DNA of 64,000 bases from Chloroflexota bacterium (GTDB lineage Bacteria; Chloroflexota; UBA11872; UBA12225): assembly GCA_030447525.1 (NCBI GenBank), contig JAUJOR010000001.1:299466-363465 (forward strand). The letters are read 5' to 3'. Made by a program: the position numbers and the translations under genes. Under the pieces are notes generated by a model. That model did not search any database and was not told the origin of the DNA. It saw nothing but the letters and a program-made list of their open reading frames with translations. Shown piece by piece: positions 1 to 10,131 of this stretch (position 1 is its first letter; the number at the start of each line of letters is the position of its first letter).

Positions 1-961
1 GGCGTCATCCCCGTCTCGCGCCGGGAGACACGGGCGACGTCGATCTCCATCCCGCTCTCCCCCTTGCTGGCGCATTCCACCACGGAGCTGGTCAGCCCGG
101 CGGCGCCGAGGTCCTGCATCGCCACCAGCCAGGGGGCATCCATCGCCTCGAGGCAGGCCTCGATGAGGAGCTTCTCGCGGAAAGGGTCGCCTACCTGGAC
201 GACGCCCCGGTGAGAGGCCTGCGGGTCGTCCACGCTGGCGAAGGTGGCCCCGTGCAGCCCGTCGCGCCCGGTATCGGCCCCCACGAGCAGGACGCTGTTC
301 CCCGTTCCGGTGGCCCCGGAGGAGACCAGGCGCCCGGCGCGGGCAATGCCGACGCACATGGCGTTGACCAGGGGGTTCTCCGAGTAGCTGCGCCCAAAGA
401 CCACCTCGCCCCCGACGTTGGGGACGCCGATGCAGTTGCCGTAGTGGGCCACCCCGGCCACCACCCCCTCGCAGAGGTAGCGGTTGCGCGCCCCGCGCGC
501 CGGGTCATCCGGTGGACCGAAGCGCAGGGAGTCCAGGATTGCCACCGGGCGCGCCCCCATGGTGAAGATGTCCCGCACGATCCCCCCCACACCGGTGGCG
601 GCCCCCTGAAACGGCTCCACCGCGCTGGGGTGGTTGTGGCTCTCGATCTTGAACACGGCAGCCAGGCCGTCGCCGACGTCCACCGCCCCGGCGTTTTCCT
701 CCCCGGCGCCGATCAACACCCGGCCGGCCGGGGGCGGGGCGGCCGTCGCCCCGGCAGTGGGGGCGCTTCGAGAGGAGGCCGGCCCCTCCGGAGGGGCGCG
801 GAAGCGGCGCAGGAGCACCTTGCTGTTCTTGTAGCCGCAGTGCTCGCTCCACATCGCGCCGCACATCCCCAGCTCGACGGCGTTCGGCGCCCGCCCCAGC
901 CGCCGGCAGATCTCGTCGTACTCGGCGCGGCTCAGGGCCACCTCACGGAGCTGCCCGTCCG
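1..961 (-). CDS. purL: Phosphoribosylformylglycinamidine synthase II (PurL). N-terminal ~320 aa only, because the gene runs off the left edge of the window.
   Basis: My own minus-strand translation from the ATG at 961 gives [50 protein letters not shown], which is the canonical PurL N-terminus with the WSEHCxYK motif. It follows purS-purQ in the usual order. It is absent from the ORF track because no stop codon lies inside the window. Confidence 0.8.
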
Positions 962-967
962 TGACGT

Positions 968-1672
968 TCATACCTGCACCAACGCGGCGACCACCGACTG
1001 CCACAGTCCCAAGCCGTCGACCCCGCCCAGGAGGGGCTCGCTGCAGCGCTCCGGGTGGGGCATCATTCCCAGGACGTTACCCCGGCGATTGCGGATGCCG
1101 GCGATGTTCGCTGCCGAGCCGTTGGGGTTGGCCGCCGGCGTCACCCGCCCGGCGGCGTCACAGTAGCGAAACACCACCTGCCCCGCCCCCTCCAGCTCGG
1201 CGAGCGTCTGGGGTTCGGCAAAGTAGTTCCCGTCGCCGTGGGCGATGGGCATCTTGAGCACCTGGCCTTCACGGTAGCGTCGGGTGAACGGCGTCCTATC
1301 GTCCTCCACCCGCAGGTGTACCCATTGGCTGCGGAACTCCAGCGACGCATTGCGCAGGATGGCCCCCGGCAGGAGACCGGATTCCAGGAGCACCTGGAAG
1401 CCGTTGCAGATCCCCAGCACCAGCCCTCCCCGCTCGGCATGGGCCCGTACCCCCTCCATCACCGGGGCAATCGCGGCGATCGCCCCTACCCGTAAGTAGT
1501 CGCCGTAGGCGAACCCGCCCGGGAGGATGACGCAGTCGTACGCGGCGAGGGCCTCCCGCCCGGCCGTGGCGTACCAGACGTACTCAACCGGCTCCTGGAG
1601 CACGTCGCCGATGACGTGCGCCGTGTCTGCCTCGCAGTTAGAGCCGGGGAACACGACGACGGCGGCCTTCAT
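968..1672 (-). CDS. purQ: Phosphoribosylformylglycinamidine synthase I, glutaminase subunit (PurQ)
   Basis: The translation [18 protein letters not shown]...GICNGFQVL...MPHPER shows the class I glutamine amidotransferase triad motifs. The true start is the internal ATG at 1672, because the upstream 109 codons of the listed ORF are low-complexity read-through. It overlaps purS by 4 bp (ATGA). Confidence 0.9.
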   Translation of the reverse strand: MKAAVVVFPGSNCEADTAHVIGDVLQEPVEYVWYATAGREALAAYDCVILPGGFAYGDYLRVGAIAAIAPVMEGVRAHAERGGLVLGICNGFQVLLESGLLPGAILRNASLEFRSQWVHLRVEDDRTPFTRRYREGQVLKMPIAHGDGNYFAEPQTLAELEGAGQVVFRYCDAAGRVTPAANPNGSAANIAGIRNRRGNVLGMMPHPERCSEPLLGGVDGLGLWQSVVAALVQV

Positions 1673-1935
1673 CGGTCCACCTCGGCCGGCTCCGCCAGCT
1701 CGAAGCGGTAGCGCTCGATCACCGGGTTGACCAGCAGCCGCTGGCACATCTCCGTTACCGCCCGCTCGGCCGCCCCCCGATCTGTGGCCTCCAGGCACAC
1801 CTCCAGGTAGCGCCCGGCGCGCACCCCCTCCACACCGGAGAAGCCCAGCTGATGCAGGCCACCGGCAATGGCCAGCCCCTGGGGGTCGTTGACCGCCGGC
1901 TTCAACGTCACGTGGATCCTGGCCAGGAGCTTCAT
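1669..1935 (-). CDS. purS: FGAM synthase PurS subunit
   Basis: An 88-aa protein, [20 protein letters not shown]..., lying between purC and purQ. Confidence 0.85.
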   Translation of the reverse strand: MKLLARIHVTLKPAVNDPQGLAIAGGLHQLGFSGVEGVRAGRYLEVCLEATDRGAAERAVTEMCQRLLVNPVIERYRFELAEPAEVDR

Positions 1936-2999
1936 CGTCCTCTCTCCCCGCCGGCGGGGGCCGTGGCGCCGCCGCCCGCTCCCGGCTCGGCGGCGACATC
2001 CTGTCCGGCGAGGCGTTGCAGGGCGTCGAGGTACTTGGCGCGCGTCTGCGCCACCACCTCAGGGGGCAGGGCCGGCGCCGGGGGCTCCTTGTTCCATGCC
2101 GTCCGCTCCAGATAATCCCGCACGTACTGCTTGTCGTAGCTCGGCGGAGACGCTCCCGGCTGGTAGGTCGACGCCTCCCAGAAACGAGAGCTGTCCGGGG
2201 TGAGCAGCTCGTCGATCAAGAGCAGCGTCCCGGCCGCCCCATCGTGGGCGTTGCGCAAGGGCCCCTCCGCCGGCCGCTCAGAAGGGCCCCCGGGGGAGCT
2301 ACCCCCTGGGGAGACTCCCGCTTCGGATGCCCCGCCGGCGGGCAGGAGGCCGAACTCCATCTTGGTGTCGGCGATGATAATTCCCCGCGCCCTGGCGTAG
2401 TCGGCGGCCACCCGGTACATGGCCAGCGTCGCCTCCCGCAGGCGCTCGGCCAGGGGCTGCCCCACGATCTCACCCAGGCGCTCGAAAGTGATGTTCTCGT
2501 CGTGCCCGGTGGGGGCCTTGATTGCCGGGGTAAAGATGGGCTCCGGAAGCTCCTGGCTCTCCATCAGCCCGGTTGGGAGCGGGATTCCGCAGGCCGTCCC
2601 CTGGCGCCGGTACTCGCTCCAGGCCGATCCGGCGAGGTAGCCCCGGGCGACGCACTCGACGTCAATGCGCCGCGCGCGGCGGACGAGCATGCTCCGCCCG
2701 GCCAGGAGGTGCCCGTAGGCTTGGAGCGCTGCGGGGTACTCCCCCACGTCGTCGGTCAGGAAATGATTGGGGATCAGGTGGGCCAGGCGCCGCAGCCAGA
2801 AGGCGGAAAGCCGGTTTAAGACCTGGCCCTTGTCCGGGATGGGCGTCGGCAGCACGGCGTCAAAAGCCGAGATACGATCGGTGGCCACGATCAGCAGGCG
2901 GTCGTCGCCGACGGCGTAGAGGTCACGCACCTTGCCCTGGAGCGCCGGCTGCAGCCCCGGCAGGTTGATGTGATGCCGGCCGGCCTGAGGGGAAGTCAC
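1932..2999 (-). CDS. purC: SAICAR synthetase (PurC) carrying a Gly/Ser/Pro-rich insertion
   Basis: It contains the motifs [17 protein letters not shown] and [11 protein letters not shown] roughly 40-aa low-complexity insert ([25 protein letters not shown]) is present. Confidence 0.85.
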   Translation of the reverse strand: MTSPQAGRHHINLPGLQPALQGKVRDLYAVGDDRLLIVATDRISAFDAVLPTPIPDKGQVLNRLSAFWLRRLAHLIPNHFLTDDVGEYPAALQAYGHLLAGRSMLVRRARRIDVECVARGYLAGSAWSEYRRQGTACGIPLPTGLMESQELPEPIFTPAIKAPTGHDENITFERLGEIVGQPLAERLREATLAMYRVAADYARARGIIIADTKMEFGLLPAGGASEAGVSPGGSSPGGPSERPAEGPLRNAHDGAAGTLLLIDELLTPDSSRFWEASTYQPGASPPSYDKQYVRDYLERTAWNKEPPAPALPPEVVAQTRAKYLDALQRLAGQDVAAEPGAGGGATAPAGGERGR

Positions 3000-4378
3000 A
3001 CGTCCCCCTGTGCCGCCCCGGCCGGCGTCGCGACGCGGGCGGGCAGACCCTGGGACTTGAGGGGCGAGGCCTCGGACGGGGGGCTTTCGAGGAGGCCGGC
3101 GCGCCGAAAGGCCAGGTCGACGTGCTTGAAGTGGTACCCGAGGTCGAACAGGTCGTCCAGCTCGGACGCACTGAGGTGGGCCTGCACCGCCGGGTCGGCC
3201 GCCAGGAGCGTGCGGAAGTCCTTGCCTTCCGTCCAGGCAGTCATGGCGTGGCCCTGGACGATCTTGTAGGCCGCCGTGCGGTCGATGTCATGGTCGATGA
3301 GGGCCAGCAGGACGCGCTGGGAAGCGTGCAGTCCGCGGGACAGCTCGATGTTGCGGCGCATGGCATCCGGCAGGACGCGCAGACCCTCCATCACCCCGCA
3401 GAACAGGTGCAGCATGTAGTCCAGGGCAATGCAGGCGTCCGGCAGGATGATCCGCTCGGCGGAGGAGTGGGAGATATCCCGCTCGTGCCACAAGGCCACG
3501 TTCTCCAGCCCGGTGCTGGCGTACCCCCGCAGGACGCGGGCCAGGCCAGAGACCCGCTCGCAGCGGGCGGGATTGCGCTTGTGGGGCATAGAGGACGATC
3601 CCTGGCGCCCGGGCTCGAACGGCTCCTCGGCCTCCAACACCTCTGTGCGCTGGAGGTGGCGGATCTCCGTGGCGAACTTGTCCAGCGAAGCGCCCACCAC
3701 TGCCACGGTGCACAGGAACTGGGCATGGCGATCGCGCTGCACAATCTGGCTGGATACCGGATCCACGGCCAGCCCCAGCGTGGCGCAGACGTGCTCCTCC
3801 ACCTCCGGCGGGACGTTGGCGTGGGTGCCCACGGCCCCGGAGATCTTGCCCACGCTCACCTCGGCCTTGGCCCCTGCCAGGCGATGCTGGTTGCGGCGCA
3901 TCTCCTCTACCCACTGCAGGAGCTTGAAGCCGAAGGTGATCGGCTCGGCGTGCACGCCGTGGGTGCGCCCCATCTGGGGCGTGTCCTTGTAGGCCAGGGC
4001 CCCCTTGATCAGTATCTCGGTGAGGCGCTGGGACTTCTGGATCAGGATCTCTGCCGCCCGCTTGAGCTGCAGGGCCAGGCCGGTGTCCACCACGTCCGAG
4101 GAGGTCAGCCCCAGGTGCACGAAGCGCGCTTCCGGCCCCAGGCTCTCGCCGAAGGCCTGCACGAAGGCCCCCAGATCGTGGTCGCTGACCCGCTCGATCT
4201 CCTGCATTCGCTGTAGGGAGTAGCTACCCCGGCGGATCTTGGCCACGTCCGCCTCGGGGATCACCCCCAGTTTGCCCCACCCCTCGCAGGCGGCGATCTC
4301 CACAGCCCGCCAGGCGTCGGCCTTGGCCTCGTCCGTCCAGACGCCGCCCATCTCGGGCAATGTGTAGCGCTTGATCAC
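2996..4378 (-). CDS. purB: Adenylosuccinate lyase (PurB)
   Basis: It is a fumarate-lyase family protein in which VIKRYTLPEM matches the PurB N-terminus. I place the start at the GTG at 4378, preceded by GGAGAGGGACGAG, because the ATG-extended ORF reaching 4453 adds about 26 non-homologous residues. Confidence 0.9.
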   Translation of the reverse strand: MIKRYTLPEMGGVWTDEAKADAWRAVEIAACEGWGKLGVIPEADVAKIRRGSYSLQRMQEIERVSDHDLGAFVQAFGESLGPEARFVHLGLTSSDVVDTGLALQLKRAAEILIQKSQRLTEILIKGALAYKDTPQMGRTHGVHAEPITFGFKLLQWVEEMRRNQHRLAGAKAEVSVGKISGAVGTHANVPPEVEEHVCATLGLAVDPVSSQIVQRDRHAQFLCTVAVVGASLDKFATEIRHLQRTEVLEAEEPFEPGRQGSSSMPHKRNPARCERVSGLARVLRGYASTGLENVALWHERDISHSSAERIILPDACIALDYMLHLFCGVMEGLRVLPDAMRRNIELSRGLHASQRVLLALIDHDIDRTAAYKIVQGHAMTAWTEGKDFRTLLAADPAVQAHLSASELDDLFDLGYHFKHVDLAFRRAGLLESPPSEASPLKSQGLPARVATPAGAAQGDV

Positions 4379-4491
4379 GGCTCGTCCCTCTCCACTCTTG
4401 CTCCGCGCCGGCAAGTCTCGTGGTGCGCCACAGCCATTCTGCGGGGTCGCCACTCCTGGGAGCTACCTCGCGGTCTCGCGTTGACAGCGCA

Positions 4492-5772
4492 TTAGGGCGT
4501 GGCGGCGGTCAACTCGCGGTCTCCGATGTCTCTGCGGTACTGCATCCCGTGGAAGTGGATACGCTCCACATTGTCATAGGCCTTGCGCCGGGCCTCCGCC
4601 AGGCCCGGGCCCAGCCCCACGACGGTGAGGATGCGTCCCCCCCGGGTGATGGTCGCCCCGTTCTGCCGCGCCGTCCCGGCGTGGAAGACCAGGACGTCCG
4701 GCTCGACATGTTCCAGCCCGGTGACGGGAACGCCGTCACGCACCGCCTCGGGATAGCCGGCCGAGGCGAGACAGACGGCGCAGCTCGCCCCGGCCCGCCA
4801 GCGCAGCGCCGTCCCGGCCAGGCGCCGGTCGAGCGCCAGTCCAATGAGCTCGATCAAGTCGGACTCCAGGAGGGGCAGGATGGCCTGGGCCTCCGGGTCG
4901 CCGAAGCGAGCGTTGAACTCCAAGACGTATGGCCCGCTCGCGGTGAACAAGAGATTGGCGAACAGGAACCCGGTAAAGGGGCGCCCCGCGGCGCCCATGG
5001 CGGCGATGGCAGGGCGTATCGTCCGCTCCATCACTGCCTCCATCACCGTCCCGGTGACGAGGCGGGTAGGGCTGTAGGCCCCCATCCCTCCGGTGTTGGG
5101 ACCGCGGTCTCCATCGGCGATGCGCTTGTGGTCGCGCGCCGCACCCATGGCCACGGCCGTCTCACCGTCACACAGGGCGAAGAGCGAGGCTTCCGGCCCC
5201 TCGAGGCGCTGCTCGATCACCACTCGCCGGCCGGCGGCGCCGAAGACCCCCTGCTCCATCAGCGCCTCTACGGCCTCGTGGGCGGCGTCGAGGGTGTCGC
5301 AGACGATGGCCCCTTTCCCCCGCGCCAGGCCATCGGCCTTGACCACCAGCCGGCCGTCCCAGGGCCGGGAATCGACGAAACGGTGCGCCGGCCGGGGATC
5401 GTCGAAATGCCGGAACGGGGCCGTGGGGATGCCGTGACGCTGCATGAACTCCTTGGACCACACCTTGGACGACTCGATCTGCGCGGCCAGCCGGGTGGGG
5501 CCAAAGGCGGGCACCCCTTTCTCGGACAGGGCGTCCACCGCCCCGGCCGCCAGGGGGTCGTCGGGGCCGACGATGGCCAGGTCGATCCCCTCCCCAACGG
5601 CCGCCCCGGCCAGGGTCGGGAGGTCGAGCGGATCGACGGCCACGTTGGCCCCCAGCGTGGCCGTGCCGGCGTTGCCCGGGGCCGTGACCACGGTGGTGAC
5701 ACGCGGGCTGCGGGCGGCGCTCCAGGCCAGGGCATGCTCCCGCGCCCCGCCTCCCACGACCATCACCTTCAC
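4492..5772 (-). CDS. purD: Phosphoribosylamine-glycine ligase (PurD)
   Basis: The N-terminus MKVMVVGGGAREHALAW and an ATP-grasp body are present. Confidence 0.9.
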   Translation of the reverse strand: MKVMVVGGGAREHALAWSAARSPRVTTVVTAPGNAGTATLGANVAVDPLDLPTLAGAAVGEGIDLAIVGPDDPLAAGAVDALSEKGVPAFGPTRLAAQIESSKVWSKEFMQRHGIPTAPFRHFDDPRPAHRFVDSRPWDGRLVVKADGLARGKGAIVCDTLDAAHEAVEALMEQGVFGAAGRRVVIEQRLEGPEASLFALCDGETAVAMGAARDHKRIADGDRGPNTGGMGAYSPTRLVTGTVMEAVMERTIRPAIAAMGAAGRPFTGFLFANLLFTASGPYVLEFNARFGDPEAQAILPLLESDLIELIGLALDRRLAGTALRWRAGASCAVCLASAGYPEAVRDGVPVTGLEHVEPDVLVFHAGTARQNGATITRGGRILTVVGLGPGLAEARRKAYDNVERIHFHGMQYRRDIGDRELTAATP

Positions 5773-5923
5773 CGGTAACCCTCCACCGTCACCAGCGACC
5801 CTTCGTCAAGGCCATCCCCAGGTGATCCTCGTCCCTGGGCCGGCAGTGGCGAGAACACGCTTCATCGTTCCACCGGCCGGGCGCGAGGGCGTTCCGAGTT
5901 CATGCCCCGCAGGTGCCTTTCAC

Positions 5924-5946
5924 GCCCGGCGGGGCACCCGCCGGGC
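5924..5946 (-). terminator. GC-rich perfect hairpin (GCCCGGCGGG-GCAC-CCGCCGGGC) immediately 3' of guaA; a candidate intrinsic terminator with no U-tract
   Basis: A stem of 9-10 bp is seen directly in the sequence between the guaA stop (5978) and the purD start (5772). Confidence 0.3.
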
Positions 5947-5977
5947 ACAAGAGACTCCCGGGGAAAGGGGAGCAAAC

Positions 5978-7669
5978 CTACTCCCATTCGATGGTTGCCG
6001 GGGGCTTGGAGGTCACATCGTAGACCACACGGTTGACGCCCTTTACCTCGTTGGCGATCCGGGTGGCCACCGCGCCGAGGAGCTCATAGGGCAGGCGCGC
6101 CCAGTCGGCGGTCATAAAGTCGTCTGTGGTGATCGCCCGCAGGGCCACGACGTGGCCGTAGGAGCGGTAGTCGCCCTGGACGCCGGTGCTGCGGGAATCG
6201 GTGAGCACGGCGAACACCTGGCCCACGCTGCGGTAGAGCCCGGCTGCCTTGACTTCTTCCACGAAGATGGCATCCGCCTCGCGCAGCACCGCCAGGCGCT
6301 CCTCGGTAACCTCGCCGAGGACGCGCACCGCCAGCCCTGGCCCGGGAGAGGGATCTCGCCACACGATCTCCTCCGGCAATCCCAGCTCGGTGCCCACGGC
6401 GCGGGCCTCGTCTTTGAAGAGGTAGCGCAGGGGCTCGATGAGCTGGAAGGACAGGTCCTTGGGGAGGCCGCCGACGTTGTGATGGGTCTTGATCTTTGAG
6501 GCCGCCCTGCTCTCCGGCGTGGCGCTCTCGATCACGTCCGGGTACAGGGTGCCCTGCGCCAGGTAGGTGAAGGGGCCGGATTCCTGTTCCAGGGCCAGGG
6601 CCTGGCGCTCGAAGGCGCGGATAAAGCGCTCCCCGACGATCGTCCGCTTCTGCTCCGGGTCGGTGACGCCCCGCAGGCGGGAAAGGAAGTCCTCCCTGGC
6701 ATCCACATGGCTGAGCCGAAAGCCGAGGTGCTCGCGGAAGGTGCGCACCACCGTTTGGGCCTCGTCCTTTCGCAGCAGACCGTGGTCGACGAACACACAG
6801 GTCAGCTGATCCCCCACGGCGCGGTGGATCAGGGCGGCGGCAACCGACGAGTCCACCCCCCCGGAGACGCCGCACAGGACGCGACCGCTGCCCACCTGCG
6901 TCCGGATCCGCTCCACCGCCTCGGCCATAAAGGAGCCCGGCGTCCAGGTCGGCTCGCAGCGGCACAGGGTGTAGCAGAAGTTCTGAAGCAAGAGCAGCCC
7001 TTGCGGGGTATGCGCCACTTCGGGATGAAACTGCATGGCCACGATCGGCCCCCCTGCCGAGCTGCCCCCTCGAGCGTCCGCTCCACTCCCGCCGTCGACC
7101 CCGGCCGGCCCATTGCTCATGGCGGCGAAGGGGCTGGTGGTGGTACGGGCCAGGGCATGGAAGCCTGGGGGCAGCGCAGCCACCTGGTCGCCGTGGCTCA
7201 TCCACACGGCGGGGCGATCCGGCAGGCCGCGCATCAAGGCATGGCCGCGGTCGAGCACTTCCAGGTTGGCGTGGCCGTATTCCCGGTGGGTACTCGGCTC
7301 CACCCGCCCGCCCAGGGCGTGGGCCAGGAGCTGCATCCCGTAGCAGATCCCCAGCACGGGCACGCCCAGCTCCAGCACCACCTCCGGCAGGGCCGGCGCC
7401 CCCGGCTCGTAGACGCTGGAAGGGCCGCCAGAAAGGATGATCCCCCTGGGGTGCAGCGCCCGCAGGACGCTGGCCGGTACGTCCCAGGGGAGCACCTCGC
7501 AGTAGACGCGGCACTCCCGGACGCGCCGGGCGATCAGCCGGCTGTACTGAGAGCCAAAATCCAGGACGACGACGGTGTCCCGGCGGGTTGGATGGACCGT
7601 CACCGGGGGCAGCGTCATGGCCGGGCTCAGCTGACCGACCGTAGGCTGGGGGAGGACTGGGACGCTCAC
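5978..7669 (-). CDS. guaA: GMP synthase, glutamine-hydrolysing (GuaA), with a Gly/Ser-rich insert in the GATase domain
   Basis: The motifs [29 protein letters not shown] and SGGVDSSV (PP-loop) and a C-terminal dimerisation domain ending ...IEWE are present. The start may be the second ATG at 7618. Confidence 0.9.
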   Translation of the reverse strand: MSVPVLPQPTVGQLSPAMTLPPVTVHPTRRDTVVVLDFGSQYSRLIARRVRECRVYCEVLPWDVPASVLRALHPRGIILSGGPSSVYEPGAPALPEVVLELGVPVLGICYGMQLLAHALGGRVEPSTHREYGHANLEVLDRGHALMRGLPDRPAVWMSHGDQVAALPPGFHALARTTTSPFAAMSNGPAGVDGGSGADARGGSSAGGPIVAMQFHPEVAHTPQGLLLLQNFCYTLCRCEPTWTPGSFMAEAVERIRTQVGSGRVLCGVSGGVDSSVAAALIHRAVGDQLTCVFVDHGLLRKDEAQTVVRTFREHLGFRLSHVDAREDFLSRLRGVTDPEQKRTIVGERFIRAFERQALALEQESGPFTYLAQGTLYPDVIESATPESRAASKIKTHHNVGGLPKDLSFQLIEPLRYLFKDEARAVGTELGLPEEIVWRDPSPGPGLAVRVLGEVTEERLAVLREADAIFVEEVKAAGLYRSVGQVFAVLTDSRSTGVQGDYRSYGHVVALRAITTDDFMTADWARLPYELLGAVATRIANEVKGVNRVVYDVTSKPPATIEWE

Positions 7670-7718
7670 ACCAGATTATAACGAGCGGCCACCCGCTGCT
7701 ATACTTTTTCTAGAAGGT

Positions 7719-8720
7719 ATGAGCACGCGCGCCCTTACGTGGACGCGACCAAACGGCCTGACCCCGGCGGCGCGGCGCCGCTTCTGGCGCCAGACCGCTA
7801 TCGCCTACCTCTATCTCTCCCCGGCCATCCTCCTGCTCACCGTCTTTCATTTCTTTCCTGCCATCTACGCCTTCTACATCAGCCTGTTCCGCTGGGACAT
7901 CGTCCAGGGTCGCTTCCTGGGCCTGGAGAACTATCAGCGCCTGCTGGTGGACGAGGCCTTCTGGAACAGCCTGGGCGTCACCGTCTGGTACGTCCTGCTG
8001 GCCATCCCGGCGGAGATGGTGCTAGGGCTGCTGATTGCCTACCTCCTGTTCCAGCCCATCCGCGGGCGCATCGCCTATCGCACGGCCTACTTTGTGCCAT
8101 ACATCACCAGCACGGTGGCGGCCGCTATCGTCTGGCGCTGGATCTACAATCCCAATAACGGCCTGCTGAACAGCATCCTGGCCTGGGCGGGCCTGCCGAC
8201 CTCCCAGTGGCTCAACGAGTCCTCCGGGGTCTTTGCCCTGCTCCTGGCCGGGGCTGGGGTCACCTTGCCGCCGGGGCTGGGCTGGCTGGCCGGCCCGAGC
8301 GTCGCGCTCGTGGCCGTGGCGTTGATGTCGGTCTGGCACTACACCGGGTTTCACATCGTCATCTTCCTGGCCGGGCTGGGAGGTATCCCCAAAGAGCTCT
8401 ACGAGGCCGCCAGGATCGATGGGGCCAATGAGTGGCAGGTGTTTCGACGCATCACGCTGCCCCTGCTGTCGCCGACCAGCTTCTTTCTCGTCACGGTCAG
8501 CACTATTGGCGCCCTACAGGCCTTTTCCCAGATCTACGTCATGACCAATGGGGGCCCGCAAGACACGACGCGCACCGTCTTGATGCTCGTCTTCAAGACC
8601 TTCTACCAGCAGACCCGTCTGGGCTATGGTTCGGCCATCGCTTTCGTCCTTACCGGGATGATCCTGGCCTTGACGCTGGTCAACTTCCGCTTCGTCGGCC
8701 GGCGCGTGCATTACGACTAG
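7719..8720 (+). CDS. Carbohydrate ABC transporter permease (MalF/UgpA-like)
   Basis: It has six predicted TM segments and the EAA-type loop (ELYEAARIDGANEWQVFRRITLPLL). Confidence 0.85.
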   Translation: MSTRALTWTRPNGLTPAARRRFWRQTAIAYLYLSPAILLLTVFHFFPAIYAFYISLFRWDIVQGRFLGLENYQRLLVDEAFWNSLGVTVWYVLLAIPAEMVLGLLIAYLLFQPIRGRIAYRTAYFVPYITSTVAAAIVWRWIYNPNNGLLNSILAWAGLPTSQWLNESSGVFALLLAGAGVTLPPGLGWLAGPSVALVAVALMSVWHYTGFHIVIFLAGLGGIPKELYEAARIDGANEWQVFRRITLPLLSPTSFFLVTVSTIGALQAFSQIYVMTNGGPQDTTRTVLMLVFKTFYQQTRLGYGSAIAFVLTGMILALTLVNFRFVGRRVHYD

Positions 8721-9094
8721 AGGGTGCCTTGCCAGGATCGTGGCGCTTCCTGCTCCAGAGGAGGCGGATCATGCCCCGCGCTCGGCGCGTGCCCTGCGCC
8801 GGACGAAGGAGCTTGCCCGGAGCGCGGGGCAGAGATGACCTGGCAAAGGCGAGGCCCATGACAACTGGCCCGCTAGTCCGCGATGGCAAGATGACGTGGC
8901 CGCCGCGGCCGCGTGAGGGTACGCCGTCGCCGGTGGAGGTTAACGCCGCTGTTACGTTTGGTCGCTAGGATAACCGGGGTGAAGGTGAGGCGAGGCTCGC
9001 GTGGCACGCGACGCGGGCGCGGTCCGGCATGGCCTTCAGGCAGGGCACGGCGAGGTGACCGTGCCGGTCGCCGGCGGAGTGTGAAAGCTATCCC

Positions 9095-10045
9095 ATGGCG
9101 CAGGTAGTCGAGGCACCGGGCATGACGCCGACTGCCGTGGGTCAAGCCGCGCCGTCGGCCGCGCCGATTCCGGCCGTGCAGGGGGTGCCTCAGCCACGCG
9201 TGGCCGAGGTGGCGCCCGCGCGGCGCAGTCCCTGGGTACGACTGCTGATCCACGGGGCGCTGCTCCTGGGGGCGGTGATGGTGGTGTTCCCCTTCTACTG
9301 GATGATCATCACCTCGTTCAAGTCCAACACCGAGGCGATGGCCTCGCCGCCGACGTTCTGGCCACGGGAGTGGCATCCGGAACAGTACCCGCTGGCGCTG
9401 ACCCAGGCTCCGTTCCAGCGCTACTTTTTCAACACCGCCTACGTCGCCTTCTGGCAGGTCCTGGGCGTGCTGGTAGTCTCGTCGCTGGCGGCCTATGCCT
9501 TCGCCCGCATGGAGTTCTTCGGCAAGAACATCCTGTTTACCGCTTTCCTGGCCACGCTGATGATCCCGTTCGAGGTGACGCTGATCCCCAACTTTGTGAT
9601 CATCACCAAATGGCTCGGCTGGTATGACACCTACATCGCCCAGTTCATCGTCAGCATAGGGAGCGTTTTTGCCATCTTCCTCCTCCGTCAGTTTTTCATG
9701 TCCATCCCCAAGGAGCTAGAGGACGCGGCGGAAATAGATGGCTGCTCTCAGCTGCGGTTTCTATGGGAGGTCGTCCTGCCCCTGTCCCGGCCAGCGCTGA
9801 TCACCGTGGCGCTGTTCAACTTTCTCGGATCTTGGAACGCCTTTCTGTGGCCCTTGCTGGTCACGCGGAGTCCAGAGATGCGCCCCATCCAGCTGGGGCT
9901 GCAGGTGTTCCAATCCGAGTTCGGGTCACGCTATGCGGAGCTGATGGCGGCGTCCACACTGGTGATCCTGCCCACGGTGCTGGTGTACCTGGTGGCGCAG
10001 AAGTACTTCGTGGAAGGCATCGCTCGTTCTGGCCTCAAGGGCTAG
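9095..10045 (+). CDS. Carbohydrate ABC transporter permease (MalG/UgpE-like)
   Basis: The EAA loop (ELEDAAEIDGCSQLRFLWEVVLPLSRPAL) and TM helices are present. The N-terminal approximately 50 aa are Ala/Pro-rich. Confidence 0.85.
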   Translation: MAQVVEAPGMTPTAVGQAAPSAAPIPAVQGVPQPRVAEVAPARRSPWVRLLIHGALLLGAVMVVFPFYWMIITSFKSNTEAMASPPTFWPREWHPEQYPLALTQAPFQRYFFNTAYVAFWQVLGVLVVSSLAAYAFARMEFFGKNILFTAFLATLMIPFEVTLIPNFVIITKWLGWYDTYIAQFIVSIGSVFAIFLLRQFFMSIPKELEDAAEIDGCSQLRFLWEVVLPLSRPALITVALFNFLGSWNAFLWPLLVTRSPEMRPIQLGLQVFQSEFGSRYAELMAASTLVILPTVLVYLVAQKYFVEGIARSGLKG

Positions 10046-10131
10046 CCGGTGATGCTGCAGCGGAGTGAGGCGGGCCGTGAGGGCAGCGGCCAGTTGCAAG
10101 TGCCTTCTTGAAGGTAAGGAGAGACAGACCA

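Noticed and set aside
191-1166. ORFs 191..592(-), 210..1166(+), 505..864(-) and 634..834(+) in the first kilobase
   Set aside because: The region is occupied by the PurL N-terminus on the minus strand, which I verified by manual translation from 961. The listed ORFs are out of frame or antisense and have Arg/Gly/Pro-rich junk composition.
5773-5977. Possible ZTP (pfl) or purine riboswitch between guaA and purD
   Set aside because: By eye there is none of the conserved ZTP pseudoknot or CCGGGC...CCGCCUGGGC elements, nor a purine-riboswitch three-way junction. Only a simple GC hairpin is present, which I listed as a weak terminator candidate. An Infernal scan would be decisive.
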